Origin: Tricharina praecox | Taxonomy: Eukaryota | DNA length: 64,000 bases | Assembly (NCBI RefSeq): GCF_024521635.1 | Contig: NW_026250414.1 | Span: 248,001-312,000, forward strand | Reading direction: 5' to 3' | Part shown: positions 42,189 to 53,900 of the stretch, piece after piece | Position numbering within the stretch: position 1 is the stretch's first letter | Layout: each line of letters starts with the position of its first letter | Translations under genes and position numbers: made by a program | The notes under the pieces: model-generated | The model's database searches: none | Told to the model about the DNA's origin: nothing | What the model saw: the letters and a program-made list of their open reading frames with translations, nothing else

Positions 42189-45100
42189 TCAAAATAAGCC
42201 CTCGATCTCGCCCGTCACTGGGTCAACATCGACGTTGAGGTATCCCGGGGCAGTAGGAAGACCAGGGATGGTCTGGATATCTGCCGCCTTGGCGTAGAGG
42301 TATCCGGCGCCGGGAGAGAGTCGCACGTCGCGGATGGGGACGGTGAAGCCGGTTGGCGCGCCCTTGAGGTTGGGGTCGTGCGAGAGCGAGTATTGCGTCT
42401 ACCACATGTCAGTTCGAATTCAAGTTGGGGAGATTGGATGGATGGTTCTCTCTCACCTTGGCGATGCAGACAGGGAGATGTCCGAAGCCCTGGGCAGTGT
42501 AGGTCTCGATCTGGGACCTGGCGTTGTCGCTGAGCTCGATGCCGGCAGCGCCGTACATAACCTTGGCGATGGCCTCCATCTTGCCCTCGATGGACAAGTC
42601 GGCGTCGTAGAGGAGCTTGAAGTCCTTGGGGTGCTTGCAGGCCTCGATGACGCCCTTGGCGAGGTCGATAGCGCCCGCTCCTCCCTCAGCCCAGTGGTTG
42701 GCGGAGATGGCATCCTCAGCACCGGCCTTGATGGCCTCCTCGCGGATGCACTGGATCTCAGCGTCGGTGTCGGTCGAGAACTGGTTGACCGCCACGACGA
42801 CGGGGACGCCGTAGAACTTGGCGTTCTGGATGTGCTTGGCCAGGTTGACACAGCCCTTGCGGAGCAGGTCGACGTTCTCAGTTCTGTATTCCTCGGGGAG
42901 CTGGGTACCGGCGGAAACCGGGGGTCCTCCTCCGTGGACCTTCAGAGCGCGGACGGTGGCCACGATCACAACACAGTCGGGGACGAGTCCGCTGGAACGG
43001 CACTTGATGTTGAAGAAACGCTCACCACCCATGGTGAAATCGAAGCCAGCTTCGGTAACGACGTAACCGGCCTTCTCATCGGCGTTCTCCTCAACCTCAG
43101 TACCGGCGAGCTTGAGAGCAATCTTGTCGGCCAGGACCGACGAGGCGCCGATACTGATGTTGGCGAAGGGGCCGGCGTGGACAAAGACCGGGGTTCCCTC
43201 CAAGGTCTGCATGATGTTAGGCTTGATGGCGTCCTTCATCAAGGCAGTCAACGCACCACCGGCGCCAATGTCGTCGCAGGTAATGGGGTCTCCCCGCTTG
43301 CCGGTACCAATGACCATGCGTCCGAGACGCTCACGCATATCCTCCAAGCTGTTGGACAGAGCCAGGACAGCCATGCACTCGCTAGCGACGGAGATGTCGA
43401 AACCAGTGACACGGGTGTGACCCTTCTCAGTGGGTGCCTGTCCGATTGTCACCTGCCGAAGGTGACGGTCGTTGACGTCCAGTACTCGTCGCCAGGTGAT
43501 AGTCTCGGGGTCAATGTCCAGGCGGGCAAAGCGGTTGATCTCCTCATCGGTGAGGGTATCGGGGTCGGTCTTGTCAATTCCGAGCTTCTTCAGCCGGCGG
43601 AGCAGGACGGGGGCGAACGTGCGCACGCCGTTCTTCTTGGGCACCAATCGGCTGTAGAGGGCCTTGTCCTTCTGAGTAGCCTCGTGGAACAGCCTGGTGT
43701 CAATGGCAGCGGCGAGCAGATTGTTTGCGGCAGTGATGGCGTGGATATCACCGGTCAAATGCAAGTTGAACTCGTCCATAGGTATGACCTGACTGTAACC
43801 ACCTCCGGCGGCACCACCCTTGATACCGAATGTTGGGCCCTGCGAGGGTTGTCGGACGTTTGCGAACGCAATCTTTCCGAGGTGGGCGCCGAGCGCTTGG
43901 GTGAGACCCATAGTGGTCGTAGACTTACCTTCTCCGAGAGGAGTGGGCGTAATACCAGCCACAAGCACGTACTTTCCGTCCTTCCTGTGCTCCAATCGCT
44001 TCAGAATATCAAGGTGGACCTTGGCCTTGTAGGCTCCAAACAGCTCCAACTCCTTCTCGGTGATGCCCAATTCCTGAGCAATGACCTTGATGTTCTTGGG
44101 GTGCTGGGCCCTGGAGATGGCAATATCGCTGGGAACCGGCGTCAGGCACTTGAGGGGAAGAGGCGTGATACTTCTGTGTGCGGTCGCCTCGTAGTGGCGG
44201 TTGGCAGATGCAATCACGTTCTCCAACAGCATAGCCACAGTCATCGGGCCAACTCCTCCAGGAACAGGCGTGATGAGCGATGCAACATTCTTGGCAGACT
44301 CGTAGTGGACGTCTCCGACCAAACGCTCTCCCGACTTGCGGGTCTCATCCTTGATGTAGTTAGTTCCAACATCAATGACCACGGCACCCGGCTTCAGCCA
44401 ATCTCCCTGGACAAAGTGAGCCTTTCCAATCGCAGAAACCACGATATCGGCGGTCTTGACGATCTCGGGGAGGTTCTTGGTGCGCGAGTGGCACACGGTG
44501 ACGGTAGCGTCGGCGTTCTTCAAGAGGTACGACACCGGCGATCCGACAATGTCGCTTCTTCCGATGACTACGGCAGTCTTTCCACTAGGGTCAACACCGG
44601 ACTCCTCCAACAGGACCATCACACCCTTGGGCGTGCAAGGCGTGAACAGCGGCTTTCCACCACGCTTCGCAAGTTCTCCAATGTTGATCGCGCCGAAACC
44701 GTCGACATCCTTGGACTGGGCCACGGCAGCAGTGACGGCAGCCTCGGAGATGTGCTTTGGCAGAGGAAGCTGGACGAGGACACCATGGATGGAGGGGTCG
44801 GCGTTGATATCGTCGAGTTTCTCGAGGAGCTATGCACCGATCCATGTCAACCCACCCACTCGTCCGTAGCCTCGCATTACAGGGGCCTAAGGGCCTACCT
44901 GGGCCTCGGTAATGTCACCTGGCAGTTTGACGAGATCGCAGATGATATTGGCCTGTGCAACCGTCAGCACGGGTGAATCCGCTGAGGGACATCTCCACAC
45001 AAACCTCCTCGGCAGCCTTCAACTTCATGCGCACATAGGTGCCTGAGCCACTCAGTCAGTACATTCTCGGTAGAACCTCTTTCCGCACCAGAACGGGTGC

Positions 45101-45662
45101 GTAAAAGAAGGCATCGTCGAGTGAAGGTTTAACATACTCGAGTCTGATCTGTCGCCAACTGTAACCAAACATATCAGCGATGTGCGCAAGACAGAGAAAC
45201 CAGCAGAGAGCAGTCCGCACCTTGGATAATAGTCAATGACGGCTTGAATCTAGGATTGACCTTCTGCTTCTCCGCGATATCTTTGTTGATACGTTCGCGG
45301 ATGCGCTTGGCAATGGCCGTTCCGTCAATCTTTTCGGCGACCATGGTTGTAGACGAGAAGGAACGAGACTGCTGAGAGCGGAGGAGCGAGCTGCCGGTAC
45401 CAGACTGTCTTATAGGTGTAGTGGTAGCAGGAGCGATCGCCAGGGAAGAAAACGACCTCGGACCGTTGCGGATGATCGTTAAGATGGCGGGGCAGGTGCC
45501 ACTGGTGCGATAGGGTGACGACCGGTGAACGGGCAGCAAATGAGGGGCAGCCGCAGACAAATTTCGGGCAGAGACAGCGCCAGATGCGCAGCACGACCAG
45601 GACGCAAGGCGGCGGGGAGACGCACGCCGGATGCGTTTAGAGCCAGCTAATAGGATTTGCAT
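42189..45662 (-). CDS. ADE3: Trifunctional C1-tetrahydrofolate synthase (ADE3/MIS1 ortholog), with N-terminal presequence and a second ATG at 45344
   Basis: [59 protein letters not shown] and TQYSLSHDP; ends GEIEGLF*. Five introns, with short exons at 45138-45158 and 45005-45042. Confidence 0.97.
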
Positions 45663-47223
45663 ACACAACGATTGGGTGGGTTACTTTAAGGGCAAGTTTC
45701 GTTCCGTAACAGGAAGGATTGCGGGGGGGTGTGATTTAAAAAAACCAATAAAATTCGGAGGCGATAAAGCACGCCAGCCAAGATGGACGAATCGAGTATA
45801 TCTGATCGGAATCGAGTCTCGGTGACGTTGAAGACTGCGGTGCCGTGTACGAGGTGGGACGGATGATTGATCGTAGGTAGCGTAGATGGGCCTTCTCTTC
45901 TGCTGTGGGCAAAAAAAAATGTTGCAAGTGAGGAGATGTGTGATACTGGACACAGACGGCTGCTGCGGAGAATTTGCAGAAAAAACTCTTTCAAACGATG
46001 GGGTTGTGACTACGGCCGGTATTTAGTACCAATTGCAAGTGCTAAAACCGCCCGGAATAACCCCACATCCCCCCACCAAAGCCCTTTGGCGACGAATAGG
46101 ACACGATTCGATAGTCCTCGTTTGGACTCATCGATCCCTTCGTTGCTGCAGGTACTGCCTAAATTCCACGTACATTTGGGCCAGGAGTACGTGGACCGTG
46201 GATCCGTGGGGCAAAGCCGGGATATAAAAAAATCCGAAGTTTGAGTCCAAGCGGCTCTTGTCGTGGACTAATGGCCGCCGAGCGGTCCCCCATGGCCGCG
46301 AACTTAATTCGAGGGCTAGAACGGCCGGGCGACAGGAACACGGGGAACTCTTGAGAGATCTACCATAGCAACAGCCCTGTATGCGGTGTCCATGCTGGAC
46401 ACGGGTGCGAGCCGGTACCCTCTGACTTGGAGGCACGCGTGCCCGTGGATATATATGGGTCCATCGTTCGTTTCGTGTATATATACTTCGATCGTTTCAT
46501 CCCTTCTTCCTCCTCTCCACCAAGTGCAGTTCGTCCATGACTAAAAATTTACAGTTCACGACTGTGGCTTAGGTAACCGCCTGCCGCGGCCCCAACGGCC
46601 CGGTGGGGTAGGATCGGAAGGCCCGAGCAAGACGAGTGACGTGCAATGATATGCTATGGAATCCGTCAATCTCGCGAGTCACGACTGGCTCGCGCGCTCA
46701 GTCGTATACAAGAAACAGGACATTTCGCTTAGTATCTGCCCCAGATAGTGACAACACCCTCATACTTAGTCATATCAACGCCCCTGGCCCACAGATCAGG
46801 GTGGAGACAACATAACCTCTTTCTTCTGATAGCAGCGCATCACTGAATATGACATTTGCTGAGGGTGCAGTCCGACGAAATTATGAAGAAAATAGCAGGT
46901 ATAATCCGAATTATGCTTCTCGCCGTTTGAATGGATCGGATGTCGATACCACATTCTCCATGGCTCATCATCGAATTCCTCATGACACCTCCTCCCAGCC
47001 ATACAAAGCCATTTCCCCCCAAAACGTGAATCAACCCATAGTACCTACAAGGTGCAGCTACTAGCGTCAGGAGATGAGGGGGAGCTTGGATGCCGATCAA
47101 CAACGGCATCCAAGACTACAAGCAAGCACTGTAGAAAAATCCCCACCTCGCGTAACCACTATACCTCTATCTCCAGCTGTAAGGACCTCCGCCAGACACT
47201 CTCCGCCAGCTCTGCTAACGAAC

Positions 47224-48464
47224 ATGCGCAGCCCCATCGTCCTCGTCTTCGTCTTCGTAGCCATGGCCCACGCTACTCCCCGCCTCAACATAACCAGCGT
47301 CCCCGGCTTCTTCGCGCAAGACCTGCCGGAGACGGACCCGTTCCTGTTCACGCACGAAAAAAGCAACTTCGGGCTTCTCGACAGCTTCAATATGGACCTG
47401 TTTCCCGCGACGCCGTCGATAATCGGGCTCGAGCTGGTGTACGGCACGCCGTGGGACCGGTTTAAGGACGCAATTACGGCGCTGAACCTCGATGCGCCCG
47501 AGGGCACGAGTTATCGCGTGCTGTTTCTAGCCAGACATGGGCAGGGGCATCATAATGTTGCTGGTATGTTTGGGGGGACGGGAGGATCGCTGTGGGGGTG
47601 CTGATATCTGACGGTGGACAGAGGCATCTTTTGGGAAGGCGAGCTGGTAGTGGGTCCTCCACCGCTTGCTGGGCGCTTCTTGCTGACTGGGTGGCCACGG
47701 TAGGGAGGAGCATTGGGCAAGGCAGGATGGAGATGGGAACGTTGTATGGGTATGTGGTTACATGATGCGAAACCCGTGATGCGCTGTTCGGGTTGACTGA
47801 TGAAGGGGGGGTAGTTCGATTCGGAGCTCACAGAAGTCGGGATTCAAGAGGCACGGTATGCCAATGCTGCATGGAAGCTGCAATTGGCGAATGGGGCGCC
47901 GCTGCCGCAGTCGTTTTATTCTTCCCCTTTGCAGTAAGTTTCCGCGGTTGGGGGGGTGAGTGCTCTGTGGGAGGTAGCTAAAGGAAGAACAGACGTGCTT
48001 GCAGGACCCTGGAGATAACGTGGGGAGATATAGTATTGGACAAAGATGATATCCCCAAGCCATTGATCAGAGAAGTCAGTCTCGCCTCCCTCGTCCCCTC
48101 CCAGCGCATCTAACGGACAGCCCAGAAACTCCGCGAGACCCTCGGAATTCACACCTGCGACCGCCGACACAGCCGATCCGCCATCGCCGCGAAGTTCCCG
48201 TCCTTCCGTATCGAAGAGGGCTTCACTGAGAACGATGAGCTCTTCAATCCCCGCGTGCGCGAGACGAACGAGGAGCGACGGGCACGTTTGGCATTGGCTC
48301 TCGAGGAGATATTTTCGACCGACGAGAGCATCTACATTACGATCAGTGCACATAGCGCGGCGATCATGTCCATCCTATCGGCGCTGGGACACAGAACTTT
48401 TGAACTGAAGACGGGCGGAATCTTGCCGGTTGTTGTCAAGGTTACAACGGAGCAGAACATATAG
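47224..48464 (+). CDS. Histidine phosphatase / phosphoglycerate-mutase-like protein (Pmu1 family) with a predicted signal peptide
   Basis: LFLARHGQGHHNVA, DSELTEVGIQEA, FYSSPLQRACRT, LRETLGIHTCDRR and ISAHSAAI. Five introns reconstructed; the intron-2 donor is ambiguous. Confidence 0.87.
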
Positions 48465-48930
48465 TAGAATAGTGTTTGGACTGATGGGGTAAAGGAACCG
48501 ATGTAATCAAAGGTTCGAGCTTCAACGATACCCGGAGTCAATTAACGATTGCGAAATCCCATGCTTCAAAATATTGTTGAAACAAAATATCGCTCACACT
48601 TCAATCGCTGTGCAAACCCAACATGAGGCGGAGCCGCAAGGAATTGGAATGCAGTGGAAGCCGATCGATGACGGATGGCTTAGACGCTTACTGTGTCTAG
48701 TTGCGTGTGCGGGTGAGTCTTGTTGAGTTGATGGTTGCCAAGCCATGGCGACTTTTAACATGTAGCTGGTCCTTCAGCTTCAAAAGCCGCCTCTCTTGAC
48801 TTGCCACAACACCACATCCTCCCGCACACTACCTCACACTACTCCACAGCTTCTCGATCCCCCACTACCCACCCTAACATCACGACTACCACCCAACATC
48901 AAAACTCACTACCCCCCATCCATACCAACC

Positions 48931-49538
48931 ATGTCTGAAGAGTGGGACTCCGTTACCAAGATCGGCAAGAACGTTCGCGGCGGTGGAACCCGTACCACGG
49001 TAGCCCGTACACAGTCGGAGATCAACGCCGCCCGCCGCATGGGCGCCGTCGTCGGCACCGAGAAGAAGGTACAATACATTTATATCTCGCTCTTCCACCC
49101 CACACTTCCACCTCGCGCTAACACCATCCTCGCACAGTACGCAACCGGCAACCAGATCCAAGCGCCAGACGGGCAGCGGTTGACGAAGGTGGACCGCGAG
49201 AACGAGGTTGCGCCGCCGAAGAAGATTGATGCGGACGTGGGCAAGGCGATGAGCAAGGCGCGCCAGGACAAGGTTCCGCCCATGACACAGAAGGACCTCG
49301 CCACCAAGGTCAACGAGAAGCCGAGCGTCATCAACGATTACGAGAGCGGCCGCGCAGTCCCCAACCAGCAGGTCCTGTCGAAGCTCGAGAGGGCCCTCGG
49401 CGTTAAGCTGCGTGGAAAGGGTGAGTCCACTGACCCGTCCCCGACCCGATTTGTGTTGTTGCGAGGGCGTGGATACTGACTCGTGGTTGTGGTAAAACAG
49501 ACATCGGCACCGCGCTCGGCGGCCCCAAGAAGAAGTAG
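48931..49538 (+). CDS. MBF1: Multiprotein-bridging factor 1
   Basis: [26 protein letters not shown] and the [48 protein letters not shown]. Introns at 49069-49137 and 49421-49500. Confidence 0.97.
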
Positions 49539-50630
49539 TGAGGGGTAGACGGTCCGACAATGAAACGTCTTCTCGCTCCGATTCTTCACTGTCCGCAACC
49601 AACCAACTTCTTTTGTTTTCTAGCGCCTTTTCTCTTTTTTTCTTTTCTGGGTTTGTGTTGTCTTTGTTTTTCCGGGATTTCCTTTGTAGAACAAGGAATA
49701 CGCTCAACTAGGGATGGATGGGGTTTGGGTTTTATGGCAGCGCTCTTTCTTGTGACAAAGGGACGGTGCGGACGGCATGAGGTAGTGCGGGAGGGGGAGG
49801 ACCTGATGTACTCACCTACCTGTAGTTGTGTCTTCTTCTTTCTTACGCTGGAAGCGCCGTGGGAATTGTAGATGATGAGATGACTTCAGAATTATGATCA
49901 CTCGTAGATTGTGCGGTCCGTTGAGTAGACTAGACTACGTGAGACAGCGTAGACCGTAACCGACGGAGGATCCTCCACAGTCACCCATAGGACATCACTC
50001 GTCGCTGTCATTTTCGCTGTCATCTTTGGCCATTACTTTCGCCGTTATCTTCACCTGCACCTTCACCACTGTGGACAGAATCCAGCGAAAGAGTATGTAC
50101 GGCATCACAGTCATCCATAGGCTAAATACGAGTATCTACGATGGAAACAAACAAAACATTGCACCTTCCCTTTCCCCAGAGTCTTCACCTTCACCCGCAT
50201 TTTCACATTTACTTTCACTTTCACTGTCACATCGTACAGACAAAGGCATACCTAATCATCTGATTCCCACCGTCCACCGCCCACCGTCCACCGCCCACCA
50301 TCCATCGCCTCTTCCTCATCCTCATCCTCACTCCCATCACCCAAGCAAGCAAGTAAACAAGACTCCCATAGAAATACGTTAAGATACTACCCTAAAAACC
50401 TAAAACAATAGATCACATCACATCACGGCACACATCACAGACATGAAAAACCAGCGCACGCTCCCCCTCCGCCGCTCATTCATATATCATCTCAAGTCGT
50501 CATATATCCCATCCCATCCCATCCCTCCCTCCCCCGTGAACAAAACCGCCCCCAACTGAACCGCACCGAACCAGATTTCCCGAAAGATGGAAAAAAAGAA
50601 TGCAAGGCCACATGATGGTATCATGGCAAC

Positions 50631-50710
50631 AACACAACACAACACAACACACACACACAACACACGCAACACACGCAACACACGCAACACACTCACAACA
50701 CACGTACAAC
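50631..50710. repeat. (CA)/(ACACGCA) compound microsatellite
   Basis: Read directly. Confidence 0.8.
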
Positions 50711-50920
50711 ATGAACTCGCTTGTTTCATACCAGACAAACCAACCAAACCCGCTTGAACATTACTGGAAAAGAAAAAGAGAAAAAAAAAGATGAAAAAAA
50801 AAAAGGAAAATGAAACAAAATGAAAAATCCAAAAGAAAAAACAGACAGACATTACGGCAAGATGGGGGGTCATAATATAGAAGACGTAGGTAGAAGAAAA
50901 AAAGAAAGAAAAGCTTTTTT

Positions 50921-53900
50921 TCAGTGGTACCCTCCTCCATAGTTCTCGTATTCAGCTCCATTCACAAAAGTGTCTGGAAAAAAGAAAGAAAAAATCAGCG
51001 TCGTTCGTTGCTACCGAACCAAGTTCCGGGCGTAGGAGGTGTGTACGCACCATTCGACGTCTGCGAAATGTGATTTCCACGACGTTTCGAGTTCTCCTTG
51101 TTGCTAGCACTGGAGAGAGGTCGAGGCCCCGTCAATCTGGAGGCCGTCGAGGGGGTTCGTCCTGAGATGGAGGGCTGTGTGACTGATTGTCAGTAAATGC
51201 AAACAAGCATACAAGGTGGGAGGAAGGGAGGGAACGTACTCCGTCGGTTCCGTCGAGGAACTCTCTTGACTTCTTCTTTTGCTCCTTTCTCTCCTTACGT
51301 CTCTTCTGTTCTTCCTCGGACCTCTCCTTCTTCGGCTTCCTGATCTTGTTGCCGTTCTCATCCAACTCCCTGTGCTTCTTGCGTCTCCGAGTTGTGCTGC
51401 TGTCACCATCATGGCTCTCATCCTCAGTGACCTTGAGTGGCCGGGGAGGAGCATTGCTTGCGTTCATCTGGGCCTGGTGCTGGGCGTACGCATCCTGGGC
51501 CAGGGGCGAGAGCAACTTGCCGTTCTGGAAACCACCTGGGCCAAGCGGCGGGAAGGTGCCGAGGCTCGACACGGATGCATTCTGGGGGGTGCCCGGGAGG
51601 TACCCGCCACCCTCAGCAGTAAGCTGCTGTGCCTGCTGCTCCAACTGATGGTTGTAAGTCACACGAGGCCGGGGGTGCTGGATGTCGAGCGAGATTCTGT
51701 TCGACTGATTAATCGGAGCATCGGTACCGCGTGATGAAGGGGGCACCAACGGTGACCCAATCTCCCTCTCCGTCCGTTGACCATCAGAGTCAAAAGGCGA
51801 CTGATGGTTCTGAACTCCCTGACCCTTTGCCGCATCCGTCTCCCAAAAGTTGAAGTCTGGCTGTGACCGCGATGCATCCGAGCCATCTTGGTTGTTCTTG
51901 CCCTTAAACATCTTGGCCAAGCCCGTGGACGTCGTGGTCTCTGACCAACGAGACAGTCTCGGGAAGAGCGAAGAAGATCCCGACTCCCGCTTAGGCTTCT
52001 CGGATGACTTTGGAGGGGTGTTTCCAAGACTAGCACTGGCAGCCGGCATCTTGGGATGCGTGGGGCTATCCAGAGGCAGAGAGTCGGCTCGGTTCTCTCT
52101 TGGCAGAATAATAGCGTCTTCTTGAATTGGCGAGATGCGGGCACCTTGATGCTGGTCTAGGAGTTTTCCACTAGGCTGCCGAGATGGACCCGCGCTATGG
52201 TAGCCAGAATTTCCGACCGAGTTAACGGCTGCTTGAGCGGCCACCTCGTTCGTGTCGTGGACCATGCGCATTTGATCGATGGTGCCCATGCTCTGGCTCT
52301 GCACTTGGCTCTGCTGGTAAAACTGCTGCCCGTCCTTAAGGCCCTCAACTTCTCCGAGAAGTTTGCAAAGCCTGGAATAGCAGTCAGTCATCATCCTTCC
52401 TCCAGATAACAGGGAACTGCTATCGCTCGACTCACATTTCCTCGATCCTCTCCAAATCCTTCGAGCTTCCCATGCTTAGCCCCTTCAGAGCTCTCTTAAA
52501 CACACTGGCCCTCTTGCGACCTTCGTCCTCTACATCTTCATCGGACTTGGAGTAGCGCGGTCGACGAGGAGTAGCCGGAGGCAGCGGTCGGGGACCCTGG
52601 AGAAGCTTCTGCACGCTGCGCTCGGTGTTGTGGTCGACGTCACTGACGATGCCTTGTCGTTGATCCGCTAGGGCTTTCTTCATGTCCTCGAAGGAGTTAC
52701 GCATCTCCGCCGCGCTCCGTACCAATGTAACCAAGATCTCCGTGTCGCGGGCATTTCGTTGGGCGTCGCGGACGGTGAGCTGTGATGAGAAAAAGATTAG
52801 CAACTACGGTCGGTAAGAAACACGAGAGGAAAGAAAGGAGAAAAGATCGTACGTGTTCCATCAAAGCGACAATATCCTTCGACTCGATTCTGTCGAGACC
52901 TCGTCCTGTCGAGCTATCGTAAAGCGGTGACGGCATGCCGTGAGAATTTCCACTCCCGATTCTGTTGCGAGGGTGGCTGTGATAGAACTCTGACTCAAGC
53001 ATATCGTCGATGACCCCCATACCGGTATCGCCACGCATGCCATGGATAGGCGTCGCAGTTCCGGGCGAGCCAATTGGATTCGCTGCCGAGATATACCCTT
53101 CGTCTTTACCCATATGAGGGCTGGCGAAACGCGAGTTCGACACGGGGCTGTGGCCATCCATATTGACGTTCAAGCCCCGGTCGGCGCCGACGCCGAAATC
53201 GTTGGCAGCCATCTCCCAGCTTGTAGTGTGGTGTCCGATCGGCCCCTGAATTATTGAAGGATTTGTGCTGATTTCGTCGTTGTCGTCATCGAGTAAATGC
53301 TGACCGAGTTCCGGCATCGGGTCGTCGGGTGAGGGCATTGCGTTCGCCCCAAATTGTGGTCGACTGCTGGGTCGGTTGAAAGAAAGGGCTGAGCCGACGT
53401 TGGAAGGATCAAGTACGGAAGCAACAGCTGAACGTGCAAGGTTTGGGGTGGAGCGCATGGATGGGTTGGCGCCGAGATCAAATACCTGGTGGCCGGTGTC
53501 CACCTCTTTTTCAAGGCGCCTGTCCTCAAAGTTGTTGCCCGTTGCCGTAGAAACGTGGTGCACAGCCAGACTCATATCCTGGAAGCTGCCGGGGTTTAAT
53601 AGCGCTTGTTCCTGTTGGCGTTCGCGTTGCTCGGCAAAAAATAGATTCACCGCCTTGACTTGCGATGATTGGGAGACATCGTCGCCCTCACGAATTTCCG
53701 ACAACTCGTCAATGTCCCGTCTGCTGCGTCTTCGTCGGCCTTTTTCTTTCCTCTCTTTTGCGAGTATTGAGGTAGCCGCCACGCTCATATCTTGCAGTGA
53801 AACCTCTGAGGGACCACCGGTCGTATGCGCGCCATCTCTCGAGGAAATTACACTCACGTCATCATCGTGGTGATCGACTTCGGTCTCGAGGTTCAAGCTT

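Noticed and set aside
42334..44976. 880-aa plus-strand ORF, and similar long antisense ORFs at 19449-20906, 8343-9473 and 38099-38788
   Set aside because: Antisense shadows of strongly codon-biased genes (C1-THF synthase, CHS, GS, IDP1) with no recognisable motifs.
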